Numbered from the stretch's first letter, positions 29,853 to 39,079 are shown. The stretch: 64,000 nt of DNA from Candidatus Andersenbacteria bacterium RIFCSPHIGHO2_02_FULL_46_16 (GCA_001817065.1 MHHQ01000025.1:55528-119527), one strand, 5' to 3'. The notes: generated by a model from the letters alone, not told the origin. A program made the numbers and translations.

Positions 29853-30784
29853 TCTACCTTCTATCACCCCGCAGTGGCGGTCCTTTTAAACAGCTTCAAT
29901 TGATCGCCGCCACTCTCAATGCCAATAACTATCCAGCCCGGCATTGTTTTAGGCTTAAAGATTGGTTGCGTTTGCATTTCAACCAACACGATCAGATTAT
30001 CTCTGTCGTGCCCTTCCTCTTCGTCCGCAACAGACATAATCTCATCCTTAATATTCGCGGCAATTATCGTAAAGAAAAAAGACTAACCAACCCGCTGTCG
30101 TATCTTTATGACCGTAACCTCAAGCTAGCTTCTAAGACCGTTGTGCCCTCCCATTATCTAAAGCACGAACTTAAACTTCACGATGCAACTGTTATACCAA
30201 CCTCGACAGACATACACCTCCGACAGACTAATCCGCCGCCCGTTCGTACCGACAATACAGTACGCTTAGCTACTATTACTAATTTTGACTTTCGGCCTAA
30301 GGCTCAAGGCATCAACAAACTTATCAATATCGTTAACCAATTAGAAACCTCCATTAATCTGTCCATTCACATCTATGGCGGGGGTCGTTGGTTGGATCAT
30401 GCTAAACAACAATTCGATTTGCACAACTATAAAAAGTATCCTGTTTTCTTTCACGGTTATTTTAAGAATGCTATCGACGTTTTGCCGGGCAATGATGTTT
30501 TCATTTATTGGTCTACCTTCGATAACATGCCTAATGTTTTAATCGAAGCTACTGCTTGTGGTTTACCCATTGTCGTTAACCGCTATGCTGCCTATGAGGA
30601 AGTGGTTGGCATCAATAATCTCCTGGCTGACTCAGAGAAACAATTTACCGAGCATTTGCTCCAGCTGGTAGAAGATCCCCTGTTGCGTCAAAAATATAGC
30701 CACATTAATAACCGTCGCTCTAACCTATTCGATATTTCTACTAACATTAAACAATGGATCGATGTCATTAACGCCCCCTCGTAA
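29849..30784 (+). CDS. GT4-like (GT-B) glycosyltransferase, short form
   Basis: NMPNVLIEATACGLPIVVNRYAAYEEVVG resembles the GT4 E-x7-E region. 311 aa. Confidence 0.55.
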   Translation: MIYLLSPRSGGPFKQLQLIAATLNANNYPARHCFRLKDWLRLHFNQHDQIISVVPFLFVRNRHNLILNIRGNYRKEKRLTNPLSYLYDRNLKLASKTVVPSHYLKHELKLHDATVIPTSTDIHLRQTNPPPVRTDNTVRLATITNFDFRPKAQGINKLINIVNQLETSINLSIHIYGGGRWLDHAKQQFDLHNYKKYPVFFHGYFKNAIDVLPGNDVFIYWSTFDNMPNVLIEATACGLPIVVNRYAAYEEVVGINNLLADSEKQFTEHLLQLVEDPLLRQKYSHINNRRSNLFDISTNIKQWIDVINAPS

Positions 30785-32711
30785 AAGACCTGCCCCGCCT
30801 GATTCTTTATGCGTGTCTAACCAACCTTCCCTTTCATCGTCGTCGCTCATTTCGCCACCCTCCCCACAAGTCTCAATATTATTATCCGTCCATAACGGAT
30901 CATCTACCCTGGACCTGGCCCTGGCTAGCGTTTACCGCCAAACCTTTCAAAATTTTATTGTCGTAGCTGTCAACGATGGATCCCAGGACAATACCAGCGA
31001 GCTGCTCCGCAGTTGGCGACAGAAATTTGGCGTTAATCGTTTTCGCATCATTAACAATCCTAAAAACTTAGGTCTAACCGCATCGTTAAATATCGGTATA
31101 AAAGTTTGCTCGACCCCATATGTGGCACGTCTGGACGCCGATGACAGCTGGTTACCGGACAAGCTGGCACTGCAAATTGATTTTTTGCAGCGTCATCCCG
31201 ACTATGGAGTCGTTGGCTGCTGGTACGCAAATATTCATCACCAGACACAACGTATTTTCCGCTTACCCGTAACGGACTCATCTATCAAGCGCAATATTTT
31301 TCGGATTAATCCCTTTGGTCATAGCTGTATCGTCATCCGACGCAAGCTATTAGAAACAGTTGACGGGTATGCGCCAACTGCTGTCTATAGCCAAGATCGG
31401 GAGCTTTGGTTTCGCCTGCTTCCCCTCACATCTTTCTACAACTTACCGTTTACGCTTTGCCATCGTCAGGTCACTGGTAGTATTTCGCAAACAAAATATC
31501 AGCGACAAATGTGGCAGAGCATCAAAATTCGTTGGCATTATTCTCGTCTCTATCATGCCTCGTTAATCAATTACTTATTCCTTATCTTACCTTTTTTTAT
31601 CTGGCTGCAGCCCTCCTTTATCAAAAAGTTAAACCTAGCTAGTCATTTTTATACACACTTCGCTGCTCCAGCCCACCGCCTATCTTCTGACAAAAAGCTG
31701 CAGCTTTGTGTTCTCAATGATCGACCGCTGCTTCCTCACCGCGGTGAAACTATCGCCCGACGTGCCATGGCCACAGCCTTTGCTTCCCATCCTCTCCTCC
31801 AGCATGTCTCTGTCATTAATATTATCCCCTATCGCGCATTTTTTCTTAAACTACCTCAACCCCAATTGCTCTACTTGCGTTGCGGTGCCAGTGCTGCTGC
31901 CAGTGTCTGCTTGCGCCATTGGTATTCGTCACATCTGATTCTGTTAGAAGTACACAATTTATCTCTTCCCCAATTATCTCTACCGGCTGTCTTGCTTTAT
32001 CGTCTGGCAGCTAAACGCTGCGACTTACTCATCACCATCGATCCGATTACCACGCAAACATGGCTAGCGTTAGGTGCCAAGCAGAAAAACATCATTGAGC
32101 TGCCCAGTGGATCAACCCGCTCCTCCCCCTTGACTACTACTGCTAAAAACGAGATAAGGAAGAAATATCACCTACCTATCAATCAATCGCTAATCGTTTA
32201 CAGCGGTAACTTGTATCGTGATCGGGGAATTGAATTAATTATACAAGCCGCTCATCAGCTGCAGCATCAACCATTGCACTTCGCTATCGCCGGCGGAACT
32301 CCTGAAGATATTCGTTTTTATCGCCGCTTCCTGCAATCCCACTGGCCATCGCAACATAATGTATCTCTGTTGGGTTTACTGCCGCATCATGACGTTATGC
32401 CGCTATTATCTGCAGCTGATTTAATCCTCGTGACGTATTCTAAACACTGCCCTACCATCAATACTATGAGCCCTCTCAAATTCTACGAAGCCTTATCCAG
32501 CGGTACTCCTGTTCTAGCGGCAGACTTTGCCCGCTTGCGGCTATCTTCATCGCCTCGCCAAATCACTTTTTATGAACCAGACAATCTCACTGACTTTATC
32601 CAAAAAATATCCCAGGCTTTATCTTCTTCTGCTGCATCACCTTCTTCACCCTCTGCTTTTTTAACCTGGTCTGCACGCGTCGATCGCATCCTTAACCATG
32701 TCCTCTTATGA
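30762..32711 (+). CDS. Two-domain glycosyltransferase: N-terminal GT2 (GT-A) fused to C-terminal GT4-like (GT-B)
   Basis: N-terminal VSILLSVHNGSSTLDLALASVYRQTFQNFIVVAVNDGSQDNT...RLDADDSWLPDKL is GT2. C-terminal LIVYSGNLYRDRGIELII...MSPLKFYEALSSGTPVLAAD is GT4-like. The first about 30 aa are S/P-rich low complexity. Confidence 0.65.
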   Translation: MSLTPPRKRPAPPDSLCVSNQPSLSSSSLISPPSPQVSILLSVHNGSSTLDLALASVYRQTFQNFIVVAVNDGSQDNTSELLRSWRQKFGVNRFRIINNPKNLGLTASLNIGIKVCSTPYVARLDADDSWLPDKLALQIDFLQRHPDYGVVGCWYANIHHQTQRIFRLPVTDSSIKRNIFRINPFGHSCIVIRRKLLETVDGYAPTAVYSQDRELWFRLLPLTSFYNLPFTLCHRQVTGSISQTKYQRQMWQSIKIRWHYSRLYHASLINYLFLILPFFIWLQPSFIKKLNLASHFYTHFAAPAHRLSSDKKLQLCVLNDRPLLPHRGETIARRAMATAFASHPLLQHVSVINIIPYRAFFLKLPQPQLLYLRCGASAAASVCLRHWYSSHLILLEVHNLSLPQLSLPAVLLYRLAAKRCDLLITIDPITTQTWLALGAKQKNIIELPSGSTRSSPLTTTAKNEIRKKYHLPINQSLIVYSGNLYRDRGIELIIQAAHQLQHQPLHFAIAGGTPEDIRFYRRFLQSHWPSQHNVSLLGLLPHHDVMPLLSAADLILVTYSKHCPTINTMSPLKFYEALSSGTPVLAADFARLRLSSSPRQITFYEPDNLTDFIQKISQALSSSAASPSSPSAFLTWSARVDRILNHVLL

Positions 32712-33808
32712 AGAAAAAGATCATGCATCTTATAACCGGTCTTGAAGTAGGCGGAGCAGAAAACATGTTGCTAAAAATCCTCCCTCGTACCGCCGATACC
32801 TGTGACCACTCTGTCTGTTCCATTATCGGCGTAGGCCCAATTGGTGACAAATTAGTCGCCGCCGGTATCCCTGTCTATTATCTTGATTTAAGTAATACGC
32901 TCGACTTATCGATTATACCGAAACTTAAAAAATTAATCGTTGACTTACAGCCTGATGTCTTAATAACCTACTTACCACACGCCGATTTATTAGGCAGAAT
33001 CATCGGCAAACTTACTCATGTTCCTACCATAGTCTGCTCCGTACGTGTCCGCCTTACCCGCTCTAAATATCTGCCGTACTTCATTATTGATGGCCTGACC
33101 TCACCGCTCGTCAATAAATACCACTTTAATTCCCGTACTATTGCTAATCTCCATCGCCTAATTTTACGCGTACCTCGCCGTAAGATTACCGTCATACCAA
33201 ACACTATCGATGTTGATCTTTATCACCTGACTATCGACCGTGAGGCCAAGAAAAAAGAACTGGGCTTGCCCGCTGATAAAATAATCATTGGCTGTGTTGC
33301 TCGCTTACGTAAGCAAAAAGGACATAACGACCTGATTGCTGCTTTCCACTCAGTCCACTCGGCTCGTCCCAACACCACTTTAGTGCTAGTTGGAGATGGG
33401 GAGGAGAAACCCGATATCATGGAGGCTATTAAAAAATATGGCCTGGAAAATCATGTCATTATGTTAGGCAATAGACATGACGTACCTGAGATACTACAGA
33501 CCTTTGATATTTTTGCTTTCACCACTCTCTATGAAGGCATGAGTAATAGTTTGATGGAAGCCATGTCCGCCCGCTTGCCAATTTTGACCACCAATATTCC
33601 AGAAAATCGCGAACTCATCACCAACGACCAAACCGGTGTTTTAGTTCCAGTTCACGATATACGCACGATTGCCAATGCTCTAGTCCGCTTGATTGATGAT
33701 CCGCCACTGCGTCACACCCTGGCGGCTAATGCCTATCAGCAAGTGAAAGACCACTTCAGCATTAAAGCAATCATCCCTCAATATATAGAATTTTATCGCC
33801 AGTTATGA
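32708..33808 (+). CDS. GT4 family glycosyltransferase
   Basis: MHLITGLEVGGAENMLLKIL and EGMSNSLMEAMSARLPILTTNIPENRELI. Confidence 0.8.
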   Translation: MKKKIMHLITGLEVGGAENMLLKILPRTADTCDHSVCSIIGVGPIGDKLVAAGIPVYYLDLSNTLDLSIIPKLKKLIVDLQPDVLITYLPHADLLGRIIGKLTHVPTIVCSVRVRLTRSKYLPYFIIDGLTSPLVNKYHFNSRTIANLHRLILRVPRRKITVIPNTIDVDLYHLTIDREAKKKELGLPADKIIIGCVARLRKQKGHNDLIAAFHSVHSARPNTTLVLVGDGEEKPDIMEAIKKYGLENHVIMLGNRHDVPEILQTFDIFAFTTLYEGMSNSLMEAMSARLPILTTNIPENRELITNDQTGVLVPVHDIRTIANALVRLIDDPPLRHTLAANAYQQVKDHFSIKAIIPQYIEFYRQL

Positions 33809-35205
33809 CTTTGTTTCCGTCCACCACCGCACCGCAACCTCCAATCGCCTCAAACACCTCAACACCACTCTCGCCCACTCAGTCACTCCACCATTTTGGA
33901 CTAATAATCGTAATCGGCTTATTTATTGTCACCCGGTTGACTTTCTATTTCTTGGAAGAAACCGATTTTCTTTTTCGTTTACCGCAGCAGGATGACGCAC
34001 CGACCTACCTCGACTTAGCTTCAGTGTACGCTGGCCTGCAAACCTATGACTCTGTCGATCGAAGCCCTTTCACTAGGGTCCCTGTCTATCCGCAAGCTTT
34101 GGCTTTCTTTTCCTCCATCATGCTCCCCGCGCGATATATTCTACTTTTTACGATCCAGCAAGTGTTGCAACTCATCATTATTATTACAGTTTATTTTTAT
34201 TTGCGTTACTTTTACTCCGGCCGTATCGCCTTGTTAGCCTCTACTGGGCTCATTCTTTTTTACGATTTTGCTATTTATGGTTTTCTGATACGTCCGGAAG
34301 TATTGTTCACCGCCTTTGTTCTGACTGCGTGCTTATTTTTGCTGCGTGCTCTTTCCACTAATTCAACTATCTGGTTCTTTGTCTCCGCCATATTTTTGTC
34401 GCTGGCGACTCTGACTCGCCCCGTCGCCGCGCTATCTATCTTTCCTCTGCTCGGTATAACAATTTATTTCGCAAAATCCTATCTCTCCTTGCGCCTGCTA
34501 TTTATTCGTCTTTTAATAATCCTGGCTGCTTATATCCTACCTCTTGCTCCATGGCTCTATCATAATTATCTGCTTTCTGGCTCGCTTGTTTTGCAGCAAG
34601 ACACAGGCAATCTAATTCATGCCACCGTCCCCGGCGGTCATTGGGGCTCAGTGGACATACATGAACTATTAGACACCACAAACACGACTGAGTTAGCGCT
34701 TGATCGAGCACTCACGACGGAGGCGTTGAAGCGAATCAAAAACAATCCTACCATTTGGGTTAAAAACACCTTGGCGAATTTCACTTACCGCTTATGGTCG
34801 ATGGGCTTTGCTGATACTTATCTTCGTTACCTTGATCATACGCAAACCGATCCTGGAGGTTATCATGCGCCGCTTAGCCCGCCCCTCTGGCAACGATTGC
34901 TTTCGTCATGGAATATTTTTAGCCCGCGCTTTTCCATTAATCCCATGTACCACCTTTACTTTGTCGTTAATAATATATTCGGTATATTTGTTTCTGTCTT
35001 GCCTTTAATTGGTCTGGTTCTCTTTCCGTTTTTGCCTTCCTCAAGTAAGGTGATTTTTATTTTTCTCCTATATTTTTGGTTCATCACCTCTTTTTTTGCT
35101 TTCAGCGGTTCCCGCTATATGGTTCCTATACTTCCTTTGCTTTGGTTGGTTGTGCCAAGCTACCCGGCCGCCGCTCGTCAGTTATTCCATCTCACCCACC
35201 CCTGA
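33805..35205 (+). CDS. Polytopic membrane glycosyltransferase-like protein (PMT_2/ArnT GT39/GT83-like)
   Basis: About 11 TM helices. The first extracytoplasmic loop carries an acidic DD(A)PTY motif (LPQQDDAPTYLDLASVY), analogous to the DE motif of ArnT/PMT. The N-terminus is S/T/P-rich. Its stop overlaps the next start (TGATG at 35203-35207). Confidence 0.5.
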   Translation: MTLFPSTTAPQPPIASNTSTPLSPTQSLHHFGLIIVIGLFIVTRLTFYFLEETDFLFRLPQQDDAPTYLDLASVYAGLQTYDSVDRSPFTRVPVYPQALAFFSSIMLPARYILLFTIQQVLQLIIIITVYFYLRYFYSGRIALLASTGLILFYDFAIYGFLIRPEVLFTAFVLTACLFLLRALSTNSTIWFFVSAIFLSLATLTRPVAALSIFPLLGITIYFAKSYLSLRLLFIRLLIILAAYILPLAPWLYHNYLLSGSLVLQQDTGNLIHATVPGGHWGSVDIHELLDTTNTTELALDRALTTEALKRIKNNPTIWVKNTLANFTYRLWSMGFADTYLRYLDHTQTDPGGYHAPLSPPLWQRLLSSWNIFSPRFSINPMYHLYFVVNNIFGIFVSVLPLIGLVLFPFLPSSSKVIFIFLLYFWFITSFFAFSGSRYMVPILPLLWLVVPSYPAAARQLFHLTHP

Positions 35206-36485
35206 TGAAACTCTTGCCCGATCAATCAGTTGCCTCCAATCTTCGTGCTGACCGCAACACCATCTATATACAGCGCCGTCACCACACCGGTTTCTCGACT
35301 GGCGTTAATAAAGCCGATGAGTATAGTTGGTTTTTTCTCCTTGCTCTGTCTGGTACCAAAAATGAATCGATTACCCTGCTAGCGAACATGTCCCAAGCAG
35401 ATATTCCCACCCTCACTCGGAACAATAGTCTGCTCTTCTACTCGACCGATCAAATCAATTGGCGCCGCCTCGCTGTACCGGTTTTAACCGATAGCGCTGG
35501 TTTGAAGCAATACGCCACTTTTATCTTGCCAGTGACCGGTACCTGCTATATTTCCAACACTATCTTTTATGATTATTCATACCTCGATGACTATTTCGCT
35601 TCCTTTGTGGCCCGCCACACGGCCTATTGTCAGAAAACAACCATTGGCACATCTTTGCAAAACCGTCCTCTCCGCCTCCTCACGCTCTCTAACAATGCCA
35701 ATCCTCTCGATCGAATTCTACTCACCACCGGCTGTCATCCTGCTGAACCAGATGTTATCGCCAGTCAGGCTATAATAGATTGGTTAGTGTCCCCGCCCGG
35801 CCTTAAACTTCTTACCCGTTACCAAGTCGACGTCTTGCCTTTATCTAATCCCGACGGATTTGCAAATCGCAGTTGCCTCACCAGTAATGGCATCAACCTC
35901 TACTGGAATTTTATGAAAGACGATCAGAAGAAATGCCCCGAAGCGTTTTATCTATGGCGCTATATTTTAAATCCCCCGCCTCTCCTCTACTTGGACTTCC
36001 ACTCCTACGTCCATCAATACCATCGCCACCCCATGCCTTATCTAAAAGACACCATTGCTTACCGTGGTGCTTTCACCAAACATATCGTTAAGCAGATGGA
36101 TCGATACTTAATCAAACAGTCACGCGGCTTTTATCGTTTTGGTAAACTTGCCATGTGGCCTGATTCACTGTCTCGTCATATCACCCAGCAATTCAATACT
36201 ATTTCTTACACTAAATACCATTTCAATCTGTATGAGGGCATCCCAGCTAGCCAAACTCGAGCAGTTAATATATTTATTGGTTTAACCAAGCTCCTCTTGC
36301 GTCAATCAATCAATCACCAGCACATCCTCCTGGCTCCGCACGGCCATGCCATTCTTGATCACTCGGACCGCTGGCCATTTACCTGGTTTTACTATTTGCC
36401 TCAGCTTCTCAGTAAATCCTATATGTTCGGCAAATCTTACTGGCGTTATTATCGCCACCGCAATCAGTCACATCTTTTCCGTTAA
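35205..36485 (+). CDS. M14 zinc-carboxypeptidase-fold protein (carboxypeptidase or deacylase-like)
   Basis: Ordered motifs TTGCHPAEPD (HxxE zinc ligands), LPLSNPDGF (NPDG), GINLYWNF (in place of GxDxNRNF) and LYLDFHSYVH (DxHSY third zinc ligand). The start was moved from the track's 35076 to the ATG at 35205, which overlaps the upstream stop. Confidence 0.5.
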   Translation: MKLLPDQSVASNLRADRNTIYIQRRHHTGFSTGVNKADEYSWFFLLALSGTKNESITLLANMSQADIPTLTRNNSLLFYSTDQINWRRLAVPVLTDSAGLKQYATFILPVTGTCYISNTIFYDYSYLDDYFASFVARHTAYCQKTTIGTSLQNRPLRLLTLSNNANPLDRILLTTGCHPAEPDVIASQAIIDWLVSPPGLKLLTRYQVDVLPLSNPDGFANRSCLTSNGINLYWNFMKDDQKKCPEAFYLWRYILNPPPLLYLDFHSYVHQYHRHPMPYLKDTIAYRGAFTKHIVKQMDRYLIKQSRGFYRFGKLAMWPDSLSRHITQQFNTISYTKYHFNLYEGIPASQTRAVNIFIGLTKLLLRQSINHQHILLAPHGHAILDHSDRWPFTWFYYLPQLLSKSYMFGKSYWRYYRHRNQSHLFR

Positions 36486-36550
36486 TTATACACCTAAGTC
36501 AACACACTGTCGCTTAATTCTGAGTAAACTCCAACCTGCTCATTCAAAGC

Positions 36551-36722
36551 TATGGAAGTCACATTATGAAATGCCACAAATATAGTGACGGGCCCTGTCG
36601 GCGCTGCACCCCCACCCGACGGCTTCGGCCTGCCAGGCGGGCAGCCTGCAGGCGCTCGGTGGGGGTCCCCCGCGCCGCCACCCGTTTATTTAAGAGTGGC
36701 ATTTCATAATGTGACATCTATA
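36551..36722 (+). mobile_element. 172-bp GC-rich foldback/MITE-like repeat, copy 1
   Basis: 27-bp terminal inverted repeats TATGGAAGTCACATTATGAAATGCCAC ... GTGGCATTTCATAATGTGACATCTATA. The core is about 75% GC with nested palindromes. Identical to copies 2 and 4. Confidence 0.85.
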
Positions 36723-36782
36723 TTTGATTGCCGGACATCTTCTGCGCTTGCGCCCCTTCAAGCCCTGTCGCATTATTTTTAT

Positions 36783-37685
36783 ATGAAAGTACTCATTACT
36801 GGCGGAACTGGATTGCTCGGTTACCACCTGCAGCTGCTCGCACCACCTCAAGCCAATATAATTTCGTGCTATTTGCCCTCCGAGGAACCACTGCCCTATC
36901 CTTTACCTTTCCCCGCTCAGCCGCTCGATATCACTGATTTCTCCAGAGTAACCAATCTCTTCACCAAATTTTCACCGGACATTGTTATTCATACAGCAGC
37001 ACAAGGCAGCATCGATTGGTGTGAAGATCACAAACCATTAGCTCGTTCTGTAAATATCGATGCGACCTTTCACCTGATTGATCTTTGCCGCCGCCATCAT
37101 ACCCATTTCATTTTTCTTTCCACTAACGCTGTTTATGATGGTCATTCTTCCTATGCCAAGGAAACCGACGTTCCTCATCCGGTAAATTTTTACGGTGCAT
37201 CAAAACTAGCGGTCGAGCAGGCACTAGCCTCTGATTCGGTTTCCTCCACAATTATTCGCCCTAACTTGATGTATGGTTGGCCATATCCAGGCGGACGCGA
37301 CAATCAAGTCACACGTGTCATAAATTCCTTGCGTCAATCCTCCCCAATTAAAATTCTTTTCGATACTTGGTTTTCGCCCGTCTCAGCTAATTTCATGTCA
37401 CGAGTCATCTGGTACTGTGCCCTTGACCGAATATCAGGTCTCTTCAATATTGGCGGCAGTCAGCGTATGACGTTATTTGATCTATCCAAATTAACCGCGC
37501 AGATTTTCCAGCTTGATCCATCCTTATTAATCCCTGTCTCCATCAAAGATGTCCCAGCGGCCCCACGCGCTATTGATACCTCGTTTTCTACCGCTAAAAT
37601 GACCTCCGAACTATTCTTCTCTCCGCAGCCAGTCGCCGAAGACTTATTAGCCATGAAGACAATTCCCGTCCAGTCACCGGCATGA
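36783..37685 (+). CDS. dTDP-4-dehydrorhamnose reductase-like (RmlD family SDR)
   Basis: MKVLITGGTGLLGYHL (glycine-rich loop), HTAAQGSIDWCE, NFYGASKLAVEQ (YxxxK). The size and domain order are typical of RmlD. The track ORF 36585 begins inside the repeat, so the start was moved to ATG 36783. Confidence 0.7.
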   Translation: MKVLITGGTGLLGYHLQLLAPPQANIISCYLPSEEPLPYPLPFPAQPLDITDFSRVTNLFTKFSPDIVIHTAAQGSIDWCEDHKPLARSVNIDATFHLIDLCRRHHTHFIFLSTNAVYDGHSSYAKETDVPHPVNFYGASKLAVEQALASDSVSSTIIRPNLMYGWPYPGGRDNQVTRVINSLRQSSPIKILFDTWFSPVSANFMSRVIWYCALDRISGLFNIGGSQRMTLFDLSKLTAQIFQLDPSLLIPVSIKDVPAAPRAIDTSFSTAKMTSELFFSPQPVAEDLLAMKTIPVQSPA

Positions 37686-38824
37686 CGCGCGTTCACATTT
37701 TAGACCTGCCTCCCTCCCACCATTTTTTGCCGGTGCCGTCTGATTGGTACCCGCTTTATATCAACCAGCGATATTTTCACGATCTCGGCATTACTTTTCG
37801 TTTCTTTTCTGCACCCGACCCCGGCTTAAACAACTGTGATGTTGTTTTTTTATCATCACGCTACTTTGCTTTACAAACAAAAAGTACTACCGAACGCGCG
37901 CATCACTTGTCCTACATTGCCTCTCTAAAAACCAGCACCAATAAGATATTTTGGTTTGATTTTCGTGACAGTACTGGCAATACCCAATTTGAAGTTCTTC
38001 CCTATGTTGATCTTTATCTTAAAAAACAATTGCTGCGTAACTTATCTCTCTACACCAGCGCCTTTTACGGTAATCGCATTTATACCGACTTTATTCATCG
38101 TACCCAAGGAGTATCGGATGACTACACTGAATCCTGCGTCCCTTTGTTGCCTCAGTTTCATTCCAAACTAACCATATCCTGGAATCCAGGCTTACTCGAT
38201 TTTCGCGGCGGCTTAAACCGGCACTTGGTAAAGCAGCAAATCATTGATCACTGGGAAACCCGATTTCCAAATGACCATCACATCACCTGGCAAAATCCTC
38301 TCGCTCCTCGTCCATACCATATGCTTGCTCGCTTTAATATTAATTACCAACGTCGCACCGTGTCGTGGCAGCGCCGCCATGCGCTGCAGCTTCTTCATCA
38401 ATTAAACGATCCATTCATCATTTCTCGCTCTGAACTTACTTTGTCCGAAGAGCTATCTTATCGCCGTCAAGTCAAAATCGTGCTAAGCCTGTTTGGTTGG
38501 GGAGAGATTTGCTCACGTGATTTCCAGGCCTGGATCGCCGGCGCCGCATTGATTGCGCCCGACACATCTCACCTGGTCACCTATCCGGTAACACATATTC
38601 CCGGTCAAACCTATCTACCCATCAAATGGGACCTGTCTGATCTTTCCTCAGCTTACCAGCGCCTCATTAACGATTCCTCCCTTCGCCTCAACCTTGCCCA
38701 ATCCGGCCAAGCACGTTACCGCTTCGTCTGGTCCAAGAAAGGACGCCAATCATTCGTTAGCCATATTGCTGATTTATTGAGCAACTCACTCTCGCTCGCT
38801 TTATCTATGGAAGTCACATTATGA
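37682..38824 (+). CDS. Hypothetical protein, GT-B-like C-terminus. Its last 6 codons and stop are supplied by repeat copy 2.
   Basis: 380 aa. FGWGEICSRDFQAWIAGAALIAPD resembles a degenerate GT4 E-x7-E box. The 3' end ...LALSMEVTL-TGA lies inside the repeat (38806-38824). Confidence 0.45.
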   Translation: MTRVHILDLPPSHHFLPVPSDWYPLYINQRYFHDLGITFRFFSAPDPGLNNCDVVFLSSRYFALQTKSTTERAHHLSYIASLKTSTNKIFWFDFRDSTGNTQFEVLPYVDLYLKKQLLRNLSLYTSAFYGNRIYTDFIHRTQGVSDDYTESCVPLLPQFHSKLTISWNPGLLDFRGGLNRHLVKQQIIDHWETRFPNDHHITWQNPLAPRPYHMLARFNINYQRRTVSWQRRHALQLLHQLNDPFIISRSELTLSEELSYRRQVKIVLSLFGWGEICSRDFQAWIAGAALIAPDTSHLVTYPVTHIPGQTYLPIKWDLSDLSSAYQRLINDSSLRLNLAQSGQARYRFVWSKKGRQSFVSHIADLLSNSLSLALSMEVTL

Positions 38825-38977
38825 AATGCCACAAATATAGTGACGGGCCCTGTCGGCGCTGCACCCCCACCCGACGGCTTCGGCCTGCCAGGCGGGCAGC
38901 CTGCAGGCGCTCGGTGGGGGTCCCCCGCGCCGCCACCCGTTTATTTAAGAGTGGCATTTCATAATGTGACATCTATA
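38806..38977 (+). mobile_element. 172-bp foldback/MITE-like repeat, copy 2
   Basis: 100% identical to copy 1 over 172 nt. It overlaps the 3' end of the upstream CDS. Confidence 0.85.
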
Positions 38978-39079
38978 GTTCAGCGTCGTCGGAATCACTT
39001 CGAGCTTGATCTTCCTAAATAATTTTGATTAGGTAAATACCCCCATCATGTTCTAACATTAGGACAATAACCTTTTCCC

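Noticed and set aside
35076-35204. Track start of the M14-like ORF at 35076 (129-nt overlap with the upstream gene)
   Set aside because: The internal ATG at 35205 overlaps the upstream TGA (TGATG), the usual coupled arrangement. The longer N-terminus is out-of-frame overlap with no support.
35850-35900. Calling 35205..36485 an active carboxypeptidase
   Set aside because: The Asn-Arg of the GxDxNRN substrate-anchoring motif is replaced (GINLYWNF). It is kept at the fold level only.
36346-36585. 79-aa ORF ending ...KSHYEMPQI
   Set aside because: It lies in the 3' end of the M14-like gene in another frame and simply reads through repeat copy 1. It is spurious.
36680-36722. An outward-facing sigma70-like promoter in the right end of the repeat (a CATAAT hexamer about 60 bp upstream of the RmlD-like gene)
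   Set aside because: Only a plausible -10 hexamer is present, with no convincing -35 at 16-18 bp spacing. It is mentioned in the architecture finding as a possibility but not annotated as a feature.
36585-36782. GC-rich ORFs beginning MTGPVGAAPPPDGFGLPGGQPAGARWGSPAPPPVY (also 38840..39022) that look like a proline/glycine-rich peptide gene
   Set aside because: They are translations of the GC-rich core of the 172-bp repeat and recur only because the repeat recurs. The downstream RmlD-like gene has an ordinary ATG at 36783 with the Rossmann N-terminus. They are not treated as coding.
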